A stretch of 36,428 nt of DNA from Tubiluchus corallicola (Eukaryota; Animalia; Priapulida), in the NCBI GenBank assembly GCA_030141605.1, contig JAQGDQ010002443.1, positions 1 to 36,428 on the forward strand, given 5' to 3'. Of the stretch, positions 1 through 10,624 are shown piece by piece. Under the pieces are notes generated by a model, which had not been told where the DNA came from, did no database searches, and saw only the letters and a list, made by a program, of their open reading frames with translations. The number at the start of each line of letters is the position of its first letter. The first letter of the stretch is position 1. Both the position numbers and the translations under genes were made by a program.

Positions 1-198
1 GTTATAAGAAAACTTCACAGGAAAGTTGGCAAGTCCACAGCCACCATCGTAATATTCTTATGCTATGGCTGCTTCTGTTTTTTTTATTAGTTTTGGTAGT
101 GAGATACAATTTTAAACTAATTTATTTCTACTAGAATAAGATTAATTTAAAACTGTATATGACTGTCCCAGATAAATAGTTGGTAAATACATTAAGGT

Positions 199-3100
199 AT
201 GTTAATGAAGTTATTCGTCTTATTAGTTAGCTTATTTGTAAGTTTTAGCTGTATTGCAATTGAGAACTTTGAGAAAATAACAATTGAAGATGGCCTTTCT
301 TCCAATGATATTACAGGTATTGTACAAGACAATAAAGGTTTTCTTTGGGTAAGTACTCGGGATGGACTAAATAAGTATGATGGAAAAAGATTTATATCAT
401 ATAAGGCCAATAGCACTTCAACTACAGCTATATTGGAGAATAATATAGAAAATATATTTTTAGATAATGATGGAAATATTTGGATAGCTTATAAGACTAA
501 TGGGCTTTCGAAGTTGGTTCCTTCAACTAATAGTTTTTCAAATTTTTGTTATAGTGGCAATAACCCTTATAGTATTTCAGGTAATAGAGTGGTGTCTATA
601 TTTCAAGATAGCGAAAATAGAATTTGGGCAGGGACTTGGAGCAATGGACTTAATTTGCTTGTAAATAAAGGCGATACAATAAATTTTGAACGATTTTTAG
701 AGAAAAATACGATTACTTCATTATGTGAAAAACCCAAAGGCACCTTATGGGTTGGGACCTCAAGTGGTATTTATACAATAAATTTAGAAAACTTTGTTAT
801 AGCAAAAGTAGCTTTTGAAAATGCAAATAATAATTATAAAAATGTTTCTGTAACATCTTTTTTCAACCAAAAACAGTCTCCTTATATCTGGTGCGGAAGT
901 TGGAACAGAGGATTAATAAAAATTAATGTAAATAATCTAAGAATTTCGCAAGTAAAATTAAATATAGGCAATACTACAATATATCCAAGAAAAGTGTATC
1001 AAATGGAATATGCAAATAATAAGGATTTGCTGTGGATAGGTTCTTGGGGTAATGGTTTATATAAAATTAATCTTAAAAATGGCATAGCAAAACATTACAT
1101 ACAATCAGAAAAAGAACCTCATAATATTAGCAATAATGAAATACTAAGTATTTTTACAGATAACACAGGTATTACGTGGATTGGGACTAATGGAGGGGGA
1201 CTTAATAAAATTAATCACAGAAGGAAGAAATTTTTCCATATAGATAATAGCTTTTATAATTTAAGTGGTGATAGAGTCAATGCTATATATAAGATTCATA
1301 ATATTCTCTATTTAGGAACAAAAAAAGGGGGGCTTAATAAATTTTTATTTTCAGATGAAAATAAGATATTTGAAAAGTCATCTTTAGATATAGAAAAAAA
1401 TTCTACCACAAGGGAACTGTTGGAAGAAAATATTACTGCATTATATAAGGATGCTTACGATAACTTATGGGTAGGAATTAGTGCAAAAAATGGCAAGATC
1501 TTTAAAATTTCGTTAAAGGAAGGGAAAGAAGAAGTAGTTGAAAAATATATACGTAATAAGAAAAAACCATTCTCACTCAGTGGCAATCATATAACAACGA
1601 TTGTTGAAGATTATGAAAATAATATATGGATTGGCACAAAACAAAATGGATTAAATAAACTAATATCAGAAAAAGGAAGCATAACCAAATTTATTTCTTA
1701 TAAAAATAACAATTTACAAGATGAAAATCAAATAATAAATAACAGAATAACAAGCATCATTAGGTATAAGAAGGACTATTTACTTATTGGCACTTATGGA
1801 GGATTATCACTTTTTAACACTAAGACAGAGGAATTTAAAAACAATGTAAAAATAAAACAAAAAAATAGTATTAGTAGTAGCATAGTACACTGCATACAGA
1901 AAATAGTCAATAATAATGATACAATTTTTTGGGTAGGTACATCCAATGGTCTTAACAAAGTAACAATACAGAAAGATAGTATCAATGTAAAATATTATGG
2001 CGAGGAATATAGGCTTCCCTCAGACGCTATATTAGGAATATTGGAAGATAATAATAGTAACCTTTGGCTAACTACTACAAAAGAAATTATCAAGTTTAAC
2101 CCTGTTTCTTGTAATGTAAGAAAATACAAATCGGAAGATGGAACATTAAATTCTCAATATATTGAAAATGTCTTTTTTAAAGATAATAATAATACAATGT
2201 TTTTTGGAGGAATCAATGGAGTCGTCTACTTTAATCCCCAATCAATAGAAGATAATCCTATTGTACCTCAAACAGTTGTATCAGATATAAAGATACTGCA
2301 TCAACCTCTTAATACAATAAACTCAAATAGACTAAACAAATTCAATAAAAGTGTTGAATATATAGATAGTATTACCCTCCAGCATAATGAGAACACACTT
2401 ACGTTTCAATTTTCCTCCCTACTTTTTGATATGCCTCAAAAAAATCAATTTAAATACCGTTTACTTGGTTTAGATGATGAATGGCATAATATTGGCAACC
2501 AAGACATCATATCATTTGCACAGCTTCCATACGGACATTATCGGCTACAAGTAGGTTCTTCAAACAATGATGGAATATGGAATAAAACTCCAACTACTTT
2601 AAATATAACAATAAAACCACCCTACTGGAAAACTACTTGGGCTTATTTATTTTATACAATTCTTTTTTTTATAATAACATATGTGGTCATAAGATATATA
2701 ATCTATAGAATAAAAGAGAAAACCAAGTTTAAATATACCTTGTTAGAAAAGGAAAAAGAAAAAGAACTATTCCAAATGAAGCAACGCTTTTTTCTAAATA
2801 TTTCTCACGATATACGTACCCCTTTAACGCTGATAATAGCCCCTTTGGAAGATATTATGAGTAGAATGGGCAATAACAAAATAATTATAGAACGCTTATC
2901 TATAGTACGTCGCAACACCCGCCACCTACTTAATCTTTTCAATCAATTAATAGACTTGAGAAAAACAGAAACAAACAATCTAAAATTACAGAAGGAAAAA
3001 ATAGAACTCCCTTTGTTTTTAGAAACACAAATAAAATCGTTTCAATACCAAGCAATGATAAAAAATATAAATTTACAATTTCACACCCATTATTCCCAAC

Positions 3101-4311
3101 TAAATATCACTGTCGATCCCATACGTTTAGAAAGAATTATATACAACTTACTAAGCAATGCCTTTAAATACACCCCACACAATGGGAAAATTACCCTTAG
3201 CCTGAATAAAATAGAAAACAATCAAATAAAAATAAGCGTAAAAGACACAGGAATCGGGATAAGCAAAGAAAAACTAAAAAAAATATTCAACCTATTTTAT
3301 CAAGCAGATAATATCTGTGAACTACACAATTCAGGTACAGGTATAGGGCTAAACCTAACCCAATATTATGCAAAACTACACGGAGGACAAATCCAAGTAA
3401 CAAGTAAAAAAGAAAAAGGAAGCATCTTCACCTTACTGCTACCTATGGAAACAAAAAATACCTTAAATAAACCAACAGTAAAACCACGGAAAATAAAAAT
3501 AACAGAACAAAAAAAAGTATTCGGAGAAACAAAATCTACCACAAACAATCAAAACAAAAAAATAAAAATCCTTATTGTAGAAGACAATATAGACTTGCAA
3601 ACCCACTTAATGCAATATCTATTTCAATTTTACCAAATAGAGACAGCAAACAATGGAAAAGAAGCTATGGAGAAAGTTAAAAGCTTTCAACCTTCACTTA
3701 TCATATCAGATGTAATGATGCCAATGATAGATGGGATAGAACTATGCAAAAAAATAAAAACAAATATCTACACAAGCCACATACCCATTATACTTCTCAC
3801 AGCTAACACCACCGTGGAAAAACAAATAAAAGGGCTAAATGTAGGAGCAGATGCTTACATCCAAAAACCATTCAACAACCACATTTTACTAGCACAAATA
3901 AAAAACCTACTAAATACAAGAGAAAAACTAATCCAAGCCTATCAAAAAAACCTATATACAGAACCCCAAAAAATAACCATATCTGACCCTGACGAAAAAA
4001 TATTAAAGCAAACCATACAGATAATAGAAAAAAATATCGCCAATGAAAACTTTAACACCACTCAATTAGCCAAAGAATTAGCAATGAGCAGAGCCTTAAT
4101 GTTCAATAAATTTAAAGCTATTGTAGGGCAAACCCCCAATGAATTTATTAAGACAGTAAGACTGAAAAAAGCTGCCCAAATGCTTCAAAAAACAAACCTA
4201 ACTATAGCAAGTATAGCTTACGAAGTAGGATTTTCTGACCCCAAATACTTTACAAAATGTTTCAAAAAACATTTTAGAACATTACCCTCACAGTATAAAG
4301 AAAAGTTATAA
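199..4311 (+). CDS. Hybrid two-component system (HTCS) sensor kinase/response regulator/AraC transcription factor
   Basis: Signal peptide; repeated beta-propeller motifs (xDxxGxLWIGTxxGL); Y_Y_Y domain (QFKYRLLGLDDEW...LPYGHYRLQV); TM helix after PPYWKTTWAY; HisKA H-box ISHDIRTPLTLI; HATPase boxes (NLLSNAFKYT, DTGIGI, GTGIGL); receiver IISDVMMP; C-terminal AraC HTH (IAYEVGFSDPKYFTKCFKKHF). Confidence 0.97.
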   Translation: MLMKLFVLLVSLFVSFSCIAIENFEKITIEDGLSSNDITGIVQDNKGFLWVSTRDGLNKYDGKRFISYKANSTSTTAILENNIENIFLDNDGNIWIAYKTNGLSKLVPSTNSFSNFCYSGNNPYSISGNRVVSIFQDSENRIWAGTWSNGLNLLVNKGDTINFERFLEKNTITSLCEKPKGTLWVGTSSGIYTINLENFVIAKVAFENANNNYKNVSVTSFFNQKQSPYIWCGSWNRGLIKINVNNLRISQVKLNIGNTTIYPRKVYQMEYANNKDLLWIGSWGNGLYKINLKNGIAKHYIQSEKEPHNISNNEILSIFTDNTGITWIGTNGGGLNKINHRRKKFFHIDNSFYNLSGDRVNAIYKIHNILYLGTKKGGLNKFLFSDENKIFEKSSLDIEKNSTTRELLEENITALYKDAYDNLWVGISAKNGKIFKISLKEGKEEVVEKYIRNKKKPFSLSGNHITTIVEDYENNIWIGTKQNGLNKLISEKGSITKFISYKNNNLQDENQIINNRITSIIRYKKDYLLIGTYGGLSLFNTKTEEFKNNVKIKQKNSISSSIVHCIQKIVNNNDTIFWVGTSNGLNKVTIQKDSINVKYYGEEYRLPSDAILGILEDNNSNLWLTTTKEIIKFNPVSCNVRKYKSEDGTLNSQYIENVFFKDNNNTMFFGGINGVVYFNPQSIEDNPIVPQTVVSDIKILHQPLNTINSNRLNKFNKSVEYIDSITLQHNENTLTFQFSSLLFDMPQKNQFKYRLLGLDDEWHNIGNQDIISFAQLPYGHYRLQVGSSNNDGIWNKTPTTLNITIKPPYWKTTWAYLFYTILFFIITYVVIRYIIYRIKEKTKFKYTLLEKEKEKELFQMKQRFFLNISHDIRTPLTLIIAPLEDIMSRMGNNKIIIERLSIVRRNTRHLLNLFNQLIDLRKTETNNLKLQKEKIELPLFLETQIKSFQYQAMIKNINLQFHTHYSQLNITVDPIRLERIIYNLLSNAFKYTPHNGKITLSLNKIENNQIKISVKDTGIGISKEKLKKIFNLFYQADNICELHNSGTGIGLNLTQYYAKLHGGQIQVTSKKEKGSIFTLLLPMETKNTLNKPTVKPRKIKITEQKKVFGETKSTTNNQNKKIKILIVEDNIDLQTHLMQYLFQFYQIETANNGKEAMEKVKSFQPSLIISDVMMPMIDGIELCKKIKTNIYTSHIPIILLTANTTVEKQIKGLNVGADAYIQKPFNNHILLAQIKNLLNTREKLIQAYQKNLYTEPQKITISDPDEKILKQTIQIIEKNIANENFNTTQLAKELAMSRALMFNKFKAIVGQTPNEFIKTVRLKKAAQMLQKTNLTIASIAYEVGFSDPKYFTKCFKKHFRTLPSQYKEKL

Positions 4312-4334
4312 TATCATCTAAAATTATAACTATA

Positions 4335-4373
4335 TTAGATTATTTTATTCCCATTTTTAGACTATTTTATTCC
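4335..4373 (+). promoter_or_regulatory. 17-bp direct repeat, candidate HTCS binding site
   Basis: ttagattattttattcc (4335-4351) and ttagactattttattcc (4357-4373): 16/17 identical, 22-bp period, upstream of the first PUL gene. A near-consensus Bacteroidota -7 element (TATCTTTA vs TAnnTTTG) lies at 4396-4403. Confidence 0.65.
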
Positions 4374-4574
4374 TATGTACCCCCTACGGAGAACTTATCT
4401 TTACAAAAAAGATTTTAAGTTTAAATTAGATTAAACATAAGAGAAGTTATACCTAAATTTTATTCCACTTAAAAAAACATAAACTTTAAATGCAATAGAT
4501 AGAGAAATCCACTCATCCTATAAGTAAAAGATATGCTCTTACCTATTTAAAATTGAAATTTAATTAGACAAGCA

Positions 4575-5789
4575 ATGAAATCTGCAAATAAACATATATT
4601 ATTTATTAGCATTATCCTATTCTCACTAGTTAGCTGTAATAAAAATAATGACTCTGAAACCAATCAACAGCTAGAAATACAATTTGTAGATATTGAAAAT
4701 AACTCCTTATGTACAGCATATGTGCATGAGAATATTAACTTCAGATTTATTGTAAAAACCCCCAAAGGAATAAACACAATACAAAGAAAAATTAACATAA
4801 AGGACGAGACCTCAATAGACACAATTTACAATGTACAAGACAGTACTCTTACAGACAAACTTGAAACCTTGCTATGGTTAGAATCTGAATATAAAGTAAC
4901 GGATTCATTCAATAATGTTCAACTGGAATGGATAGTAACTGATAATAGCAATGAGCTAGCCTATGCCAATACAACTGTTGTACCAGAAATATTTAAATCA
5001 TCTATAAACTATCCTTTTTTATTGGTAGACCTTAGCGATGTAAATTCGGTAGATGTAGTATATAATGACTCTCCAGAATATGATAGATTTAAAACTCAAA
5101 ATAATCCACCTTCTCAAAGATTTACCACTTCCACAAACTTGGAACATAATTTGTTTAGTGTAAGAACCCCTGTTTGGGTGAACATAGAAAGAACAGGGGA
5201 AAACAATAATACCAATGAACTTCACCTTGAAAATGCTCTATCTTTTGAAGAAAGTGAAGGAATAGGCAAAGCCCTGAAGACATTAGATTACAAAGGAAAG
5301 GTAGCAGCCAAATACGCTATTACATTGTGGTCAAATGATAAAAACCCACTCACAGGAGACTATAGTTTTAGTGCTTTCCTGCCTGAGGATGTGTCTATAG
5401 AATTGGAACTGGGAATGAGAAAAATCAAAGCAGACATATATGTAGATGCAGAGCAAGATACAGGCCTCCAAGATGGGTTTGGCACTCGTACTACAGACTA
5501 TGATGTAGTTATACAACTATGCAATAGATCTAGTTTTGAAGTTTTTGCAGGTAACCAAAACAGCGGTGTATATAGCTCTTTTGTAGCCACTATTTCTGCT
5601 GCGAACCAATGGGAAACTTTAACTTTTGAAGAATTAGAAAAATACACCCCTAATAATAAAAGGTGGTGTTACGATACCTCCTTAAAAGACAAAGTAAATA
5701 TGATAGCCATATATCCAGGCATAGATTATGAAGATAATATTAATCACACTTTAGCCCCTTATTATATTAAAAATATAAGAATAGAATAA
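4575..5789 (+). CDS. Lipoprotein, putative surface glycan-binding protein (Ig-like N-terminal region plus beta-sandwich C-terminal domain)
   Basis: Lipobox LVSC followed by an N/D/E-rich segment; beta-strand-rich; C-terminal ~135 aa alignable by eye with the next gene; located within a PUL. Confidence 0.7.
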   Translation: MKSANKHILFISIILFSLVSCNKNNDSETNQQLEIQFVDIENNSLCTAYVHENINFRFIVKTPKGINTIQRKINIKDETSIDTIYNVQDSTLTDKLETLLWLESEYKVTDSFNNVQLEWIVTDNSNELAYANTTVVPEIFKSSINYPFLLVDLSDVNSVDVVYNDSPEYDRFKTQNNPPSQRFTTSTNLEHNLFSVRTPVWVNIERTGENNNTNELHLENALSFEESEGIGKALKTLDYKGKVAAKYAITLWSNDKNPLTGDYSFSAFLPEDVSIELELGMRKIKADIYVDAEQDTGLQDGFGTRTTDYDVVIQLCNRSSFEVFAGNQNSGVYSSFVATISAANQWETLTFEELEKYTPNNKRWCYDTSLKDKVNMIAIYPGIDYEDNINHTLAPYYIKNIRIE

Positions 5790-5819
5790 TTTAAGGATTA
5801 ACTTTAATATAGATAAGTT

Positions 5820-7352
5820 ATGAATACAAAATATATAAATTTTCTTATCCTTGCCATATCCATTGTTACCATTTTCAACTGTAATAATGACAAGTTAGAA
5901 ATAGTAGATGTTCCCTTCTATACTCCATTAGAAGACAGTACTTACTCTAAACCTAAGATAACACTAACAGCCACTGCAAAAGAGGGTATTGCAACTGATA
6001 CTTCTATTACATTTGACAACGAGATAAGCCCTATTACATTTACCCTAAACATACAAGCAGATAGTGGTTTGGCTTCCTACGGTTATACTTTAGAAGTGTT
6101 AAGTTCTTTGAGAGAAGACTCTCTTATAAACGTATCCTTTATTATAGACAAAGACAATCCTAATACATTGCAAACAGATATAATAATAACCCCAAGATAT
6201 TCTAAAAATAACCAACTACTATTTTATGCCTATGATAAAAACAACCAACTAACAACTGCCCCTTTTATTGTTAATACCCCAGTCCCCCCACCTCCCACCT
6301 TGAAAATTTCGGAAACTTCTACAAGCAACTTCAATGCCACTAAGGACACACTTTTCTTAGAATACCCTTTGTCAACGAAAGAAATACAACTAACCTTAGA
6401 AGCAAACTCACCCGTTGAACTGGTCAGAATTGAAGGAAATGGAGAAACATTTGCATATACAAATGGTGAATTGGAAGTTACACAAGAAGTAACAATTGAA
6501 ATAAAACCTTTAGAAGAACAAAATATAGAATATGTACTTACTAATATTGATGAAGGAAGAGATACTCTTAAATTCTTTATAGCAGCACCCCTATTTATAG
6601 GAGACTTTATACAAGATACTACAAGAAGTGCAACATATTTAGATCAAGACAACCCTGTTTTTATTGATTGTCCAAACTCACAACCTAGTACGCCTGCAAA
6701 CATAAAAGAAGCATATGTAATTCCAATTACTACAGATTTAGCAACAACAGAATTTGCAATAAAAACAACCTTCCATCCTAAAAAGGGAAACAAGAATACA
6801 CCAGCTTTAACCTATCCTGATGACGTAATAAAGTTTGCAAGCAAGGGAGGTTTTTCTTCCCCTACAGAGCCATCTTTAAAACTAAGGAATTTTAGAGCTA
6901 AACATGGAGGGCGATTTCTTATAGGTTTTTTAGATAAAGTAATACCTCCCCATATTGTAGAAAACTTGCAAGCAGGGAGAAGTGTGCTGAAAATAGATGT
7001 TTTTGCCAATACTGTTGATACTGAAATAAACGAAGATTTTGGAATAACCAGAAACACTGATTATGACATTCATATACTTTGGGGTGATAGAAATACTTAT
7101 AGAGACAATACTGGCGGAGAAGGTATTAAGGGAGTAGCTGTGGACTTTAAAGGCAAAATTACAACGGGAAATGAAGACACAAGATGGGAAACTATAGAGA
7201 TGAAAGCTGGAGAAGGATATTCAGGCGTAAATAACTCTTCTGTAAACGTAAATATAATGGGAATATACCCAGGGTATAATAATGCTGATGAAAACCAATA
7301 CTCTTACGCTTGGTATTGTATAAGAAACCTAAGAATAGAATACAAAAGATAA
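5820..7352 (+). CDS. Lipoprotein, putative surface glycan-binding protein, partial paralog of the 4575-5789 product
   Basis: Signal peptide ending IFNC then NNDK; Pro linker TPVPPPPT between probable Ig-like modules; shared C-terminal motifs (FG..TDYD, WET, VNxxxIYPG, YxIxNxRIE). Confidence 0.7.
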   Translation: MNTKYINFLILAISIVTIFNCNNDKLEIVDVPFYTPLEDSTYSKPKITLTATAKEGIATDTSITFDNEISPITFTLNIQADSGLASYGYTLEVLSSLREDSLINVSFIIDKDNPNTLQTDIIITPRYSKNNQLLFYAYDKNNQLTTAPFIVNTPVPPPPTLKISETSTSNFNATKDTLFLEYPLSTKEIQLTLEANSPVELVRIEGNGETFAYTNGELEVTQEVTIEIKPLEEQNIEYVLTNIDEGRDTLKFFIAAPLFIGDFIQDTTRSATYLDQDNPVFIDCPNSQPSTPANIKEAYVIPITTDLATTEFAIKTTFHPKKGNKNTPALTYPDDVIKFASKGGFSSPTEPSLKLRNFRAKHGGRFLIGFLDKVIPPHIVENLQAGRSVLKIDVFANTVDTEINEDFGITRNTDYDIHILWGDRNTYRDNTGGEGIKGVAVDFKGKITTGNEDTRWETIEMKAGEGYSGVNNSSVNVNIMGIYPGYNNADENQYSYAWYCIRNLRIEYKR

Positions 7353-7385
7353 TATGAAACTATATTTAGAGATACAATAACTAAT

Positions 7386-10300
7386 ATGCAAAAAACGATA
7401 GTAACATTCATTATCTATACCCTAACAATTGTTAATATAACAGCCCAAACAAAAATCGTTACAGGAAAGGTAACCGACGAGCAAAACGAACCTCTTCCCG
7501 GGGCAACTATCCAATTAAAAAACTCTACAGTAGGAACAATAAGTAATTTTGAAGGCAACTTTGCAATAACAGTAACAGGAAATTCCCCAATTCTATTAGT
7601 ATCATTTTTAGGCTACGAAACAAAAGAAGTAAACGTTTCAAACCAAAATAAAATACAAATATCATTGTTCTCAAAATCTGTAGGATTAAACGAAATAGTT
7701 GCCATAGGCTATGGTACAGCTAGACGTAGAGAAATAAGCGGCTCTGTAAGTTCTGCCAATGTAGATGATATAGTAAAAACAGCCGATGCAGACCCACTAC
7801 AATCTCTGGCTGGAAGAGTAGCAGGAGTACAAGTATCAACCACCGAAGGTGAACCCGGAGCAGACATACTTATTAACATAAGAGGCAACACCTCTGTTAC
7901 TAATAGCAACACACCCCTATACGTCGTAGATGGCTTCCCCGATGATGATGGAGACGCCCTACGCTCAATCAACCCCTCTGATATAGAAAGTATAGATTTT
8001 CTTAAAGATGCATCCACAACCTCCATATATGGCTCAAGAGGTGCAAATGGAGTTGTACTCATCACCACCAAACAAGCTACTAAAACAGGAATGAAAGTAA
8101 CTTATAACGGCTCATACGGAATTAGTCAAATATCCAACGAAATAGATGTACTTGGCCCCGCCGATTTTGTTCAGCTACAGTACGACCAAATAGTAACAGG
8201 CAACAGCACCAATATAACATCAGACCTCAATAACTTTTACGACACTTATATAAACCTTACTGATGAAGAATTTAATAACTTAGGTATAACAAAACCTACT
8301 ACACAACTAAATAGTATATTAGATACAATATATTATCTTTATGGAGACCTCGAAAGTATCAATTGGCAACAAGAAGCCCTTGGAAGAGACGCCTTTCTGC
8401 AAAACCATAACATATCTCTTGAAGGAGGTGAAAAAAATACAAAATATATACTATCCCTAACACATAACGATAGAGAAGGAGTACTTATAGGAAGTGGTCA
8501 TAATAGAAATATAATAAGGTTAAATATCAAACACCAAATTGGAAAAATGCAACTTACCCTCAACTCTTCTTATACAGAATCTAAAACATATGGAGTAAGC
8601 ACTTCTAAAATTACAGGACAATTTGATAACATACTCCTCAACATACTACGAATGCCCCCTACATTCGGAAAATATTCAAACCAAACACTTGATGGAGATA
8701 AAATAATATTTCAAGATGATGATAACAACTACATTAACAGCCCCATAGCCTCCATAAAATCCACACACAGAGAAAAAACAGACAAAATAACCTTTATTAA
8801 TGGAAGTCTTAAATATGAACTTACTAAAAATTTAGAATTTAAAACTTTATGGGGAATAAAATATACCCACAAACAAAATGAAGAATTTTATGGCGAAAAT
8901 AATCTATCAGTTATCAACAACTCTACTAGAGGACCTTACGGCATTGTAAGGAACATAACAATACGCAACTGGAATACAACTAACTTATTACTCTATAATA
9001 AAAAAATAAAAAATCATACAGTAGCATTCACTCTTGGACAAGAATATGTTCAAAAAGATAACCAATGGACAGAATTAGAAGCCCTTAACTTTCCCAATGG
9101 AGACATAGGATTAGGAGACTTATCGCTTGGTATTACCCCCTCTTTTCCAAGTTCCAACGCAGAACAATACAGACTATTATCATTTTTTGGTAGGGCTAAC
9201 TACAATTACAAACAGAAATATATACTTACTTTTTCGTATAGAGCCGATGGCTCGTCTCGCTTTGGAGAGAGCAATAAATTTGGATATTTCCCCGCCACAT
9301 CTGCAGCTTGGAGAATTAATAATGAGCCATTTTTCAATTTAGATGCAATATCCAATTTAAAAATAAGAGTCAGCTATGGTATAACTGGGAACGATAATAT
9401 AGGCAACTACAGAGCATTGCAACTATACGAAACAAATTATTATTCGCAAAACAACCAAGAAGAACTTGCTATTATCCCATCTAATCTTGCTAACCCAGAT
9501 CTAAAATGGGAAACAACCGCTTCTCAAAACATAGGAATAGACATAGGATTACTAAAACAACGAATACAAATAATGGCTGATGCTTATATTTCTAACACCT
9601 ATAACTTATTACTTAATAGACAGATACCCTATACTTCAGGTTTTGCCACCTATTATGAAAACATAGGTGAAGTGCAAAATAAAGGATTAGAATTATCTTT
9701 AAATACAATCAACATAAGAACTCGAAATTTCAAATGGACATCCGATTTCAACATATCATTCAACGTTAATAAAATAAAAGAACTTGCACGAGGACAAGAT
9801 AAATTTTTTGCTACTTCTGGTTTAGATTTTATCCCTACGAATGATTATATAATACAAGTGGGACAACCCATTGGATTAATGTATGGCTACGTACAAGATG
9901 GATTGTATGGAATAGAAGATTTTAGTGGACAAAATGAAGATGGAACTTGGATACAAAAAAATGGAATAGCTTATGCAGTAACCCAACAAGCTCCAGGAGA
10001 TATAAAGTTTAAAGATTTAAATCAAGACGGCCTTATAGGAGCAGATGATAAACAAATAATAGGCAATGCTAATCCCAAACACTTTGGAGGTCTTACAAAT
10101 ACTTTGACTTACAAAAACCTTGACCTTTCTATCTTTATAAATTGGGTATATGGAAATGATATATACAATGCTACTAAACTTATATTGATGACAGGAGGCA
10201 CAAATAGAAATAGAGCTGAGATGATGAAAGATAGATGGACAGGATTAGACGATCAAGGCAATCCAGCCGATATGCAGGGACTATTAACAAACAATGAAGG

Positions 10301-10610
10301 CGTAGCAATCCCTAGACACAATGGAATATGGAATCAACTTGACTTATACGACGGGCTTATAGAAGATGGCTCATTCTTACGTATAAATAACATTACCTTA
10401 GGCTATATATTCCCCAATAAAATAACAAAAAAAATAAAACTATCCTTATTAAGATTATCACTTACGGTTAACAACCTATATACTTTTACGAACTATACAG
10501 GTTACGACCCAGAAGTAAGTACCCGAGGCGTAAACGTTACACGAGGAGTAGATTATGGAGCATATCCTAAAACCAAATCTTATATAGTAGCCATAAAGGT
10601 TCAATTCTAA
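7386..10610 (+). CDS. susC: SusC/RagA family TonB-dependent outer membrane transporter
   Basis: N-terminal extension (VTGKVTDEQNEPLPGATI), TonB-box region LNEIVAIGYG, plug motifs (PLYVVDG; LKDASTTSIYGSRGANGVVLITTK), RADGSSRFG, NPDLKWETT, C-terminal Phe. Confidence 0.97.
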   Translation: MQKTIVTFIIYTLTIVNITAQTKIVTGKVTDEQNEPLPGATIQLKNSTVGTISNFEGNFAITVTGNSPILLVSFLGYETKEVNVSNQNKIQISLFSKSVGLNEIVAIGYGTARRREISGSVSSANVDDIVKTADADPLQSLAGRVAGVQVSTTEGEPGADILINIRGNTSVTNSNTPLYVVDGFPDDDGDALRSINPSDIESIDFLKDASTTSIYGSRGANGVVLITTKQATKTGMKVTYNGSYGISQISNEIDVLGPADFVQLQYDQIVTGNSTNITSDLNNFYDTYINLTDEEFNNLGITKPTTQLNSILDTIYYLYGDLESINWQQEALGRDAFLQNHNISLEGGEKNTKYILSLTHNDREGVLIGSGHNRNIIRLNIKHQIGKMQLTLNSSYTESKTYGVSTSKITGQFDNILLNILRMPPTFGKYSNQTLDGDKIIFQDDDNNYINSPIASIKSTHREKTDKITFINGSLKYELTKNLEFKTLWGIKYTHKQNEEFYGENNLSVINNSTRGPYGIVRNITIRNWNTTNLLLYNKKIKNHTVAFTLGQEYVQKDNQWTELEALNFPNGDIGLGDLSLGITPSFPSSNAEQYRLLSFFGRANYNYKQKYILTFSYRADGSSRFGESNKFGYFPATSAAWRINNEPFFNLDAISNLKIRVSYGITGNDNIGNYRALQLYETNYYSQNNQEELAIIPSNLANPDLKWETTASQNIGIDIGLLKQRIQIMADAYISNTYNLLLNRQIPYTSGFATYYENIGEVQNKGLELSLNTINIRTRNFKWTSDFNISFNVNKIKELARGQDKFFATSGLDFIPTNDYIIQVGQPIGLMYGYVQDGLYGIEDFSGQNEDGTWIQKNGIAYAVTQQAPGDIKFKDLNQDGLIGADDKQIIGNANPKHFGGLTNTLTYKNLDLSIFINWVYGNDIYNATKLILMTGGTNRNRAEMMKDRWTGLDDQGNPADMQGLLTNNEGVAIPRHNGIWNQLDLYDGLIEDGSFLRINNITLGYIFPNKITKKIKLSLLRLSLTVNNLYTFTNYTGYDPEVSTRGVNVTRGVDYGAYPKTKSYIVAIKVQF

Positions 10611-10624
10611 GAAGAATTAAAACT

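Noticed and set aside
1-135. Possible end of an upstream gene or transposase fragment
   Set aside because: More than one frame is open over this short stretch and none gives a recognisable motif; cannot be assigned.
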